A stretch of 64,000 bases of DNA, from the NCBI GenBank assembly GCA_965237415.1, contig CBDEFM010000001.1, positions 64,001 to 128,000 of the forward strand, read 5' to 3'. This document shows positions 29,782 through 37,674 of this stretch, piece after piece (position 1 is the stretch's first letter; every line of letters starts with the position of its first letter). The position numbers and the translations under genes are program-made. Source of the stretch: Alphaproteobacteria bacterium (GTDB lineage Bacteria > Pseudomonadota > Alphaproteobacteria > UBA828). Under the pieces are notes generated by a model, which made no database searches, was not told the DNA's origin, and saw nothing but the letters and a program-made list of their open reading frames with translations.

Positions 29782-31347
29782 CTACACGCTCTGCCAATCC
29801 GCGCTCTTCTCCAGCGCGTCGGCGACCTTGAGCACCGTGAGATCGTCGAAGTGGCGGCCCACGATCTGGCAGCCGATCGGCAGGTCGTCGCTCACCCCGC
29901 AGGGCACGCTGATCGCCGGATGGCCGGTCAGATTGAACTGCGGCGTGTTGTTGATCATGCTGAGCGCCCGCGACATGTACTCCCCGAAATCGGCATCCAG
30001 GCTCGGGATCGGCGCCGGCAGATGCGGAATGGTCGGCAGCACCAGCACGTCCACCTCGGCGAGCGCCTTGTCGTAGGCTTCGGTCAGCCGCCTGCGCTGG
30101 TTCTGCGCCTTCGCATAATAGGTGCCGTGGTAGTAGCGCTTGAGATACCCGCCGAGCAGGAGGACGTTCTTCACGGTCAACGGATAGTCGTTCTGGCGGG
30201 TGAGTGCGGCGCGGGACGCATGCTCCAGAAACTGGGTGTTGTAGTAGCCGAACCAGCCGGTGCCGACGCCGCCCGACTTGAGCATGAACTCGGTCGCGCC
30301 CTCGGCCGCGATGGCGAACCAGACCCTGAGCCCATGGTAATGCTGGGGCACCGAGACCTCGGTGACCGTGGCCCCACGCTCCTCCAGCCGCCGCACCGCG
30401 GCGCGCACCGCCTCGTCCACCGCCGGCTCGCTCCCCGGCAGGCCGAACTCGGGCCAGCTCTCGGTCGTCTGGCCGAAGCCTTCGCTGAGCACGCCGATGC
30501 GGATCCCTTCGCAGCCCGCGCCGATGGCCGGCATGTAGTCCTGCACATAATCCGCAGGGATCACGCCCCGCTGGCGCGGATCGAGGGGGTCGGGGCCAGC
30601 CAGCACCGAGAGCATGCGGGCCGTGTTCTCAACCGTGTTCGTCATAGGCCCGATGTGGTCGAGGGTCATGTCGATCGCGAGGCACCCGGTATAGGGAATG
30701 AGGCCGAAGGTCGCCTTGTGCCCGACCACGCCGCACCAGGAGGCGGGGATGCGGATCGAGCCGCCCTGATCGCCGCCGATGGCCATGGCCACGTCGCCGG
30801 CGGCGACCGCGGCGGCGCTCCCCTTCGACGAGCCGCCGGGCGCATGGGTGGGCTTGCGCGGATTGCGCACCGGGCCGTAGCCGCTGGTGTGGCCGCCGCC
30901 GGAGAAGGAGAAGTCCGCGCAGGCCGTCTTGCCGACGATGGTGGCGCCCGCGTCGAGCAGGCGGGTCACGATGGTGGCGTCGATGATGGGCACGTAGCCT
31001 TCGAGGGCGCGCGCGCCGTTCATCATCGGCAGGCCGGCCACGGAGACCACGTCCTTGATGCCGATCTCCTCGCCCGCGAGGGAACCCGAATCGGCGCCCT
31101 TGATCTCGGCTCGCCAGTACCAGGCGTTGTAGGGGTTCTCGTCGGGGTGCGGCCGGTAACCCGAGGTCCGCGGATAGGCGACGGCCGGGCGTTCCTCCGG
31201 CATGTCGTCGATGTGGCGCAGGCTCGCGATCGCGCCCCGCATGGCGTCCCGTTGGTTGGTGAGGTCGTCGAGCGTCATGTCGAGCCCAAAATCCTGGGCG
31301 ATTGCTGCGAGCTGATTGACGGAGGGAAGTTCCGGACCGCGCGACAT
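29782..31347 (-). CDS. Amidase (amidase signature family)
   Basis: IKD, PGGSS.GS and GGDQGGSIRIPAS (Ser-cisSer-Lys triad). Confidence 0.92.
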   Translation of the reverse strand: MSRGPELPSVNQLAAIAQDFGLDMTLDDLTNQRDAMRGAIASLRHIDDMPEERPAVAYPRTSGYRPHPDENPYNAWYWRAEIKGADSGSLAGEEIGIKDVVSVAGLPMMNGARALEGYVPIIDATIVTRLLDAGATIVGKTACADFSFSGGGHTSGYGPVRNPRKPTHAPGGSSKGSAAAVAAGDVAMAIGGDQGGSIRIPASWCGVVGHKATFGLIPYTGCLAIDMTLDHIGPMTNTVENTARMLSVLAGPDPLDPRQRGVIPADYVQDYMPAIGAGCEGIRIGVLSEGFGQTTESWPEFGLPGSEPAVDEAVRAAVRRLEERGATVTEVSVPQHYHGLRVWFAIAAEGATEFMLKSGGVGTGWFGYYNTQFLEHASRAALTRQNDYPLTVKNVLLLGGYLKRYYHGTYYAKAQNQRRRLTEAYDKALAEVDVLVLPTIPHLPAPIPSLDADFGEYMSRALSMINNTPQFNLTGHPAISVPCGVSDDLPIGCQIVGRHFDDLTVLKVADALEKSADWQSV

Positions 31348-31488
31348 GGGGACCTCGTTCGTTTGGTGGGGGGCGGCCTCCGATCCTAGCCCGGATTTCT
31401 CACCACGGTCACGGCCCGCGTCGCGTCCCGCGCGTCTTCCGTCACCGAGCGCGGATGCACGATGCGAGCAGTACGTTAATTCTCATGC

Positions 31489-31550
31489 GGGATTCGGCGG
31501 GATTAAGTGGGATTAAGTGGGATGAATGGGACAAATGGGATTCCGCGGGG
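31489..31550. repeat. Degenerate 9-10-bp GGGA-headed tandem repeat
   Basis: GGGATTCGGC GGGATTAAGT GGGATTAAGT GGGATGAAT GGGACAAAT GGGATTCCGC GGGG. Confidence 0.75.
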
Positions 31551-31940
31551 CAGGCAGCGGCCGTCCTCGATAACGGTGGCGGCGACGGCGTCGCGCGGGC
31601 CTGAAAGGGACCGCACGCGGAACAATGTTCCGCACGCCCGCAGGGTCGTGCGTGCGGAAATATTGAGTCTCGCACGCTCGCAGGGTCGTGCGCGCGAAGT
31701 AGGGGCGCGCACGTGCGCTGCATGTTCTTGCACTGCATGGCTAAATGTTGGCGCGGACGGCACGCGCCGTGCACCGCACTATGATCCGGGGAGTTGGGAG
31801 GGAAGAGACCCTTCCCGTCCGCCCCCGCCCGACAGCGCTGGGCACGCCTGGCACCGATCCCGATGGCCGCGACCCTGGGCCGCGGCTACCATCGCAGGCG
31901 CACCATGCGGATGGACCGTGCGAACCGGGGCTGAAAGACC

Positions 31941-32523
31941 GTGACACCCGCGCCAAGGGCCGAGCGCCTGCGCGATCACTTCATCGGCTGGCAGTGCCGG
32001 ATACGTGCCGACGCCATGCGCCGCCGGGCCGGGCGGCCGTCGCGGGGGATGTGCCCAGAGGTGCTGAGCGCGGCAGGCGACACGCTGGCACCGGCGGTGA
32101 CGACGCTCCTCGTGCGGCGCGAGGCCGACTCCTTCGCGGCCGAGTTTCGCCATCTGATACGGCGCACCCACGATCCGCGGGATCGGCGCGAGGCGGCGCT
32201 CGCGCTGCTGGCCGAGCGCTACTACCAGTATGCGCGCGGCTTCAGCGACCTGCTGACGGCGACCTTCGCGGCCGACTCAGCCCTTGCCGCCGATCTAGTG
32301 CGGGAGGGCCGCTGCGTCCTGGCCTTCGATCAGGACAGTCAGCGCTACGCGCTACCGTGCTCGGTGGCCTTGCTCGAGACCGCCGATCCGCGCCGCGAGG
32401 AGACCTGGTGGCACAACGCGCTGTTCAATCCGCAGCTCCCGCCGGAACGTGCCCGTCCTGGCCTTCGCCCCCCGCTGGCTGGAGGCTGTCGCCGACCCCG
32501 CGCCTGACCGGGGGCGGTCATAG
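31941..32523 (+). CDS. Hypothetical protein with probable frameshift near 32446 (in-frame stop 32507, shifted-frame stop 32523)
   Basis: Protein-like sequence (LRDHFIGWQCRIR..., WWHNALFNP). The shifted frame gives VPVLAFAPRWLEAVADP with coding-like GC3 usage. Confidence 0.6.
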
Positions 32524-32604
32524 CCGGAGTGGATTGCGGGCCGCGATCGAGCTATAAGGACTTTTGACTCAAAAGTTGGTCACTTGCATCCGGGAGGAAG
32601 CCCG

Positions 32605-33297
32605 ATGGCCAGACTTCGAATGCGGGCGAACGATCCCCGAGAGCTTCCCGCCTACACAATCTCGGAGGCTGCCCACTATCTCGCCGTACCCGCAGCGACC
32701 ATTCGCTACTGGTCGGTGGGCCGTGACGACTACGCGCCTCTGATCGAGGTGCCCGCGCACGTGCCGACGCTGCTCTCCTTCCTCAATCTGACGGAGCTTC
32801 ACGTTCTCGCCGCCATTCGGCGCAAGCACGAAGTGAAGATGCCGAGCATTCGAAGGGCGATCCAGTACCTGGCGGCGCATGCTCGGCATGCGATGGACAA
32901 GCGCCATCCGCTGATCAGCCGCGAGCTGGAAACGGACGGGCTGGACCTGTTCACCGAGCAATACGGGCAATTGATCAATATCAGCCAGGCGGGCCAGACG
33001 GCCATGCGGGAGATCATCAGCGCGGCGCTCCGCCGGATCGATCGCGACTCCGCCGGCGTCCCGATCAAGCTCTATCCATTTACCCGGACCGCCATGGACG
33101 AAACGCCCACGATGGTCGTCATCGACCCGAGGCTTTCCGCCGGACGCCCTGTCATCGCCGGCACCGGACTCGCCACCCAGCTCATCGCCGAACGCTACAA
33201 GGCGGGTGAATCCATCAGCGACCTGGCGCACGACTATGAGCGCGGGAATGAGGAAATCGAAGAAGCGATCCGGTGCGAGCTCCAAGCCGCAGCCTGA
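32605..33297 (+). CDS. DUF433 domain antitoxin (VapB45-like, N-terminal HTH)
   Basis: YTISEAAHYL.VP.ATIRYW, LSF.NL.E, IDP....GRPVI.GTG and ER..AGESI..LA.DY motifs; GGAGG RBS. Confidence 0.85.
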   Translation: MARLRMRANDPRELPAYTISEAAHYLAVPAATIRYWSVGRDDYAPLIEVPAHVPTLLSFLNLTELHVLAAIRRKHEVKMPSIRRAIQYLAAHARHAMDKRHPLISRELETDGLDLFTEQYGQLINISQAGQTAMREIISAALRRIDRDSAGVPIKLYPFTRTAMDETPTMVVIDPRLSAGRPVIAGTGLATQLIAERYKAGESISDLAHDYERGNEEIEEAIRCELQAAA

Positions 33298-33682
33298 ACC
33301 GACGCTCTTCCTCGATCGCAACCTCGGAAGGCACATAATCGCGGACCGGCTTCGCGCCGACGGGGTGACGGTCGAGGTGCATGACGACCATCTCCCGCTT
33401 GACGCGCCGGACGAGGATTGGATCGCGCTCGTCGGACGCATGAGCTGGGTGGCGATCACGAAGGACAGGAACGTCCGTTATCGGGCCGCCGAGATCGAGG
33501 CAATCCGAAGGCATTCGGCGCGGGTCATCGTAATTCGGATGAAGAACGCGACCGGGCTGGACATCGCCGAGCTGCTGGTGAAGGGAAGGCGCCGGATCGC
33601 TCGCTTCGCGGCGAAGACACCCCCTCCGTTCGTCGCCGGCATCCATGGGAGCGGCACGGTCAAGGCTTACGAGATCGTCTGA
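33248..33682 (+). CDS. VapC45-like PIN domain toxin
   Basis: LFLDRNLG, D.DWI and ITKD acidic PIN motif; overlaps the DUF433 gene. Start uncertain. Confidence 0.8.
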   Translation: MRKSKKRSGASSKPQPEPTLFLDRNLGRHIIADRLRADGVTVEVHDDHLPLDAPDEDWIALVGRMSWVAITKDRNVRYRAAEIEAIRRHSARVIVIRMKNATGLDIAELLVKGRRRIARFAAKTPPPFVAGIHGSGTVKAYEIV

Positions 33683-33707
33683 CGCTCGCCTCCGTCACCC
33701 CCTACGT

Positions 33708-33740
33708 CCCCTCTCCGCCCCTGGGGGCGGAGAGGGCCGG
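33708..33740. repeat. Single REP-like hairpin of the 110-bp element family
   Basis: CCCTCTCCGCCCCTGGGGGCGGAGAGGGCCGG, the same as the right half of 33833-33942. Confidence 0.8.
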
Positions 33741-33832
33741 CGGTAGAAACTGAAACTCGATCCACGCTGGCCGGATCGTATGCCGATGTCACGAACCCCC
33801 TCGTCGACACGCGCGGCTCAGCCCGCAGAAAT

Positions 33833-33942
33833 CCCACCTCCCCCTGTCCCCCTCCCCCGGAGGCGGAGGGGGAACGCAGGTGGCGCCGCCCGTTACTCCC
33901 TCTCCGCCCCTGGGGGCGGAGAGGGCCGGGGTGAGGTGGGGG
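33833..33942. repeat. ~110-bp REP-dimer (REPIN-like) element, copy A
   Basis: Near-identical to 51321-51432; CCCACCTC/GAGGTGGG ends enclose two hairpins. Confidence 0.88.
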
Positions 33943-34039
33943 ATTTTATGTTGTAAAATAAGGGGCTACGCGAAATTGGGTTCGTTTTGTAATTTTTCCG
34001 TTTGCGCCGCCGACCCGCTGCTCCGGCGAGCCATCCGAG

Positions 34040-34432
34040 CTAAAACTTCCGATACACCCCGTTGAGGTCGGCCATGGGGTGGCGGGGCGACATCTGGAAC
34101 TTCACCAGCAGCTCGCGGGCGAGCATGTCGCGGTCCTGCTGATTGTCGGGCAGCTCCAGGTTCTCCGGCACCGAGACCCAGCCGTTGATATTGCGGTCGA
34201 ACACCGCCGGCCGGCCTTCCTCGTAGCCCATGTGGACGTCTTCCAGCCAGTTCAGGTCGGTCCAGCCCATGGTCTCGATATAGCGCTTGAGGAAGGGCGT
34301 GAGCCGCTGGTAATCCGGTACCAGGTTCACATCGTAGCGATAGCCGATGTGCTGGCCGATCTCCTTCTCGCGCTCGCTGTCGAGGCCGCTCTGGCTCAGG
34401 TAGTAGTCGACGTCGCCGGTCTTATCGCTCAT
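34040..34432 (-). CDS. Hypothetical 130-aa acidic protein, last gene of the glx-like operon
   Basis: GGAG RBS before ATG 34432, 17 bp after the upstream stop; coding-like codon usage; no recognisable family. Confidence 0.8.
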   Translation of the reverse strand: MSDKTGDVDYYLSQSGLDSEREKEIGQHIGYRYDVNLVPDYQRLTPFLKRYIETMGWTDLNWLEDVHMGYEEGRPAVFDRNINGWVSVPENLELPDNQQDRDMLARELLVKFQMSPRHPMADLNGVYRKF

Positions 34433-34449
34433 GGCGCATCTCCGGGCTG

Positions 34450-35817
34450 CTAGTAGCGGTTCATGTCGGGGCGGCCGACGGTGTGCTGGGAGCCCGCGAG
34501 CGGCACCTGGGCCATGGCGGAGGCCTCCATGGTGAGCGCGGCGAGGTCCTCCGGCTCCAGGCTGTGGACATCGGTCTTGCCGCAGGCGCGCGCCATCATC
34601 TGGCACTCCAGCGTCAGCGTGTGGAGGAAGTTGTAGACACGCTCCGCCGCCTCGTCGGGGTCGAGCCTCTTGCGCAGCTCCGGGTCCTGAGTGGCGACGC
34701 CCACAGGGCAGCGCCCGGTGTGGCAGTGATAGCAGTAGCCGGCCTCGACCCCGATCTCGGACTCGTAGTCGGCCTCCGGAATGTCCTTGTTGCAGTTGAG
34801 CGCCATCATCACCGAATGCCCGATGGCGACCGCGTCGGCACCCAGCGCGAGCGCCTTGGCGATGTCGCCGCCGTTGCGGACCCCGCCGGCGTAGACGAGG
34901 CTGATGCTTCCGGTGGCGCCGAGGTCGTCCAGCGCCTTGCGCGCCTGGCGGATCGCCGCGATGCCGGGCACGCCGGTCTCTTCGGTCGCGAGATGCGGGC
35001 CGGCGCCGGTCGAGCCCTCCATCCCGTCGATGTAGATGCTGTCCGGGCCGGTCTTGATCGCCATGCGCACGTCGTCATAGACGCGCGCCGCGCCGAGCTT
35101 GAGCTGGATCGGAATCTCGCTGTTGGTTGCTTCGCGGATCTCGTTGATCTTGAGCGAGAGGTCGTCCGGCCCCAGCCAGTCGGGATGGCGCGCCGGCGAG
35201 CGCTGGTCGATGCCGGCCGGCAGCGAGCGCATCTCGGCCACCTGGTCGGTCACCTTCTGCCCCATCAGATGGCCGCCGAGCCCGACCTTGCAGCCCTGGC
35301 CGATGAAGAACTCGCACGCATCGGCGAGCCTCAGATGGTGAGGGTTGAAGCCGTAGCGGGACTGGATGCACTGGTAGAGCCACTTCTCGGAGTAGCGGCG
35401 CTCGTCGGGGATCATGCCGCCTTCGCCGGAGCACGTGGCGGTGCCGGCCATGGTGGCGCCGCGCGCGAGCGCGGTCTTGGCCTCATACGAGAGCGCGCCG
35501 AAGCTCATGCCGGTGACATAGACCGGGATGTCGAGCACCAGCGGGCGCTTGGCATTGGGCCCGATCACCGTCGTCGTTGTGCACTTCTCGCGGTAGCCCT
35601 CGATGACGAAGCGCGTGAGCGTGCCCGGCAGGAAGGTCAGATCGTCGAAGGTCGGGATGTTCTTGAAGAGCGAGAAGCCGCGCATCCGGTAGCGGCCGAG
35701 CTCCGCCTTGATGTGGATGTCGTCGATCACCTCGGGCGAAAAGATGCTGCTTCGCCCCAGAATATGCCGGTTGCGGCTGGGCCGGTTGGCGACGGCTTCG
35801 CGTCTGTCGCTGGCCAT
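34450..35817 (-). CDS. FMN-binding glutamate synthase family protein (GlxD/MgsC-like)
   Basis: GMSFGALS, SGEGG, GQG.K.GLGGHL, SP.RHPD, IDG.EG.TGA and CHTGRCPVGVATQDP motifs. Confidence 0.9.
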   Translation of the reverse strand: MASDRREAVANRPSRNRHILGRSSIFSPEVIDDIHIKAELGRYRMRGFSLFKNIPTFDDLTFLPGTLTRFVIEGYREKCTTTTVIGPNAKRPLVLDIPVYVTGMSFGALSYEAKTALARGATMAGTATCSGEGGMIPDERRYSEKWLYQCIQSRYGFNPHHLRLADACEFFIGQGCKVGLGGHLMGQKVTDQVAEMRSLPAGIDQRSPARHPDWLGPDDLSLKINEIREATNSEIPIQLKLGAARVYDDVRMAIKTGPDSIYIDGMEGSTGAGPHLATEETGVPGIAAIRQARKALDDLGATGSISLVYAGGVRNGGDIAKALALGADAVAIGHSVMMALNCNKDIPEADYESEIGVEAGYCYHCHTGRCPVGVATQDPELRKRLDPDEAAERVYNFLHTLTLECQMMARACGKTDVHSLEPEDLAALTMEASAMAQVPLAGSQHTVGRPDMNRY

Positions 35818-35855
35818 GGCGGACTCCTTGCAGGGTAGCGAGAGGCCGCGCTCGC

Positions 35856-36707
35856 TCAGAGCGCGATCTTCTTCTCGGCCGGCTCGAGGTTGTCGTAGTT
35901 CCAGAGCTGCTTGCCGGCGACGATCTTGGTCAGGTTGCCGACGCCGTTCGGCGCCTCCATCCCGTAGGCCGCGAGCTTTCGCTCGAGCCAGCCCGCCTCG
36001 ACATCGGTGATCTCGCCGGGCACGGCATCGACGCCGAGGGAGGCGATGGTGCCGCCGACGAAGATCGTGCCGTCATAGAGCGAATCGCCGAGGTTGGGGC
36101 CGGCGTTGCCGAGGATGACGATGCGTCCGCGCTGCATCATGAAGCCGGTGAATGCGCCAGCACGGCCGCCGATGAGGATGGTGCCGCCCTTCATGTCGAT
36201 GCCGGTGCGGGAGCCCACATCGCCCTTGCAGACGAGGTCGCCGCCGCGCAGTGCTGCGCCGAAGGTGGAGCCCGCGTTCTTCTCGATGACCACGACGCCC
36301 GCCATCATGTTCTCGGCGCAGGACCAGCCGACGCGGCCCTCGATGTGGACGTTGGGGCCGTCGATCAGCCCGCAGCCGAAGTAGCCGAGGCTGCCCTCGA
36401 AATCGAGCTTCAGCCGATTGAGGATGCCGACGCCGAGGGAATGCTTGGCCAGCGGGTTCTGGACCACGATGTGGCCGTAGCCCTCGCCCATCAGCTCTCG
36501 GATACGGAGGTTGACGGCGGGCCCCTCCATCTCCGCCGCGTCGATCGTCGCCTTCTTGGTGAAATCGACGTCGAAGCCTTCGGGATAGGTGTAGTTGTCG
36601 CCCTCTTCGGGGGAGAAGAAGACCTGCTGGGTGCGGCCGGCGAGCTGCTCCGCGTGCAGCCCCATGTCATGGGATTTGTGCCGGTCGGCGGGGCTCAGTT
36701 CTGCCAT
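35856..36707 (-). CDS. GXGXG beta-helix protein (GlxC/MgsB-like)
   Basis: Repeated G..G...G..M.GG motifs; GDSLYDG.IFVGG. Confidence 0.88.
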   Translation of the reverse strand: MAELSPADRHKSHDMGLHAEQLAGRTQQVFFSPEEGDNYTYPEGFDVDFTKKATIDAAEMEGPAVNLRIRELMGEGYGHIVVQNPLAKHSLGVGILNRLKLDFEGSLGYFGCGLIDGPNVHIEGRVGWSCAENMMAGVVVIEKNAGSTFGAALRGGDLVCKGDVGSRTGIDMKGGTILIGGRAGAFTGFMMQRGRIVILGNAGPNLGDSLYDGTIFVGGTIASLGVDAVPGEITDVEAGWLERKLAAYGMEAPNGVGNLTKIVAGKQLWNYDNLEPAEKKIAL

Positions 36708-37651
36708 ACCTTGACCTCCCCCTCGTAGGGGTCCCAGGTGTCGATCTCGTCGGGCATGATGCCGCGAATGGCCACCTCCTCGGAGGCGAGGCCCACAAAA
36801 TCGTCGCTCTCGTAGAGCACCATGGGCTTGGCCGCCATCATGTCCTTGGCCATGCCCAGGCTATCCGCCGTCGCCACCAGATAGGTGAAGACGCCGTCGA
36901 GCTCGCTCACCGAGCGAACCATCGCCTCCTTGAGCATGTCGCCGTGTTCGATGCGGTCGGCGAGGTAGACGGCGATCAGCTCTGAATCGCAGTTCGACAT
37001 GAAGCGATGGCCCCGGTGCTCCAGCGCCCGGCGGAACTTCCAGTAATTCGTAAGCTGGCCGTTGTGGACCAAGGCGATATCGTTGAAGGGATAGGCCCAG
37101 TAGGGATGGGCCGAGCGGATATCGACGTCGGATTCCGTCGCCATCCGGGTGTGGCCGATGGCGTGGGTGCCCTGGAACCCGGCGAGGCTGTACTGCTCGC
37201 TCACGATGCTGGCGTCGCCGAGGTCCTTGATCAGCTCCAGCGCGTGGCCGAGGGAGAGGATCTCCGCCCCCTCGACATCCTCGATGTAGTCGGCGAAGCG
37301 CTTGAGCCGCTGCTGGCCGCCATCGTCGTCACCGGGGAAGCGCAGGCGGTAGCGGAACGCATATTCGGTGGCCGCGTCCTCGTCGAGGATCTCCACCTCC
37401 ATGCTGCGGATGCGCGCATCCACCTCCGCCTTGCGATCCTTGATCTGCTGGTGGATTTCGAAGCCTTTGCCGATGTCCTCCTGCTCCGCCACCTTGAAGC
37501 GCATCACATGGTTGTTCTCGACCGGAACGCCGTAGAAGGCGAAGCCGGTGGAATCCGGCCCCCGATGCTTCAGGGCCTGGAGCATCGTGGTCATCTCCGC
37601 CCCGATGTCGCCGCTCGATCCGCGGTGGATCAGTCCTGCTATCCCGCACAT
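36695..37651 (-). CDS. Class II (Ntn) glutamine amidotransferase (GlxB/MgsA-like)
   Basis: MCGIAG, RGPDSTG, GHTRMATES, AHP, HNG and DSE motifs. Confidence 0.9.
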   Translation of the reverse strand: MCGIAGLIHRGSSGDIGAEMTTMLQALKHRGPDSTGFAFYGVPVENNHVMRFKVAEQEDIGKGFEIHQQIKDRKAEVDARIRSMEVEILDEDAATEYAFRYRLRFPGDDDGGQQRLKRFADYIEDVEGAEILSLGHALELIKDLGDASIVSEQYSLAGFQGTHAIGHTRMATESDVDIRSAHPYWAYPFNDIALVHNGQLTNYWKFRRALEHRGHRFMSNCDSELIAVYLADRIEHGDMLKEAMVRSVSELDGVFTYLVATADSLGMAKDMMAAKPMVLYESDDFVGLASEEVAIRGIMPDEIDTWDPYEGEVKVWQN

Positions 37652-37674
37652 GGGCGCCTCGTCTTTCGATTTGG

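Noticed and set aside
31489-31696. Possible CRISPR array
   Set aside because: Only two 26-bp repeats with a 14-bp spacer, and no cas genes in the window.
33750-33830. Possible nuclease gene remnant (TLAGSYADV) between REP units
   Set aside because: Too short to support by eye.
34433-34452. Pyrrolysine-type TAG readthrough fusing the FMN subunit to the orphan gene
   Set aside because: The orphan is in a different frame with its own RBS, and a TGA follows within a few codons.
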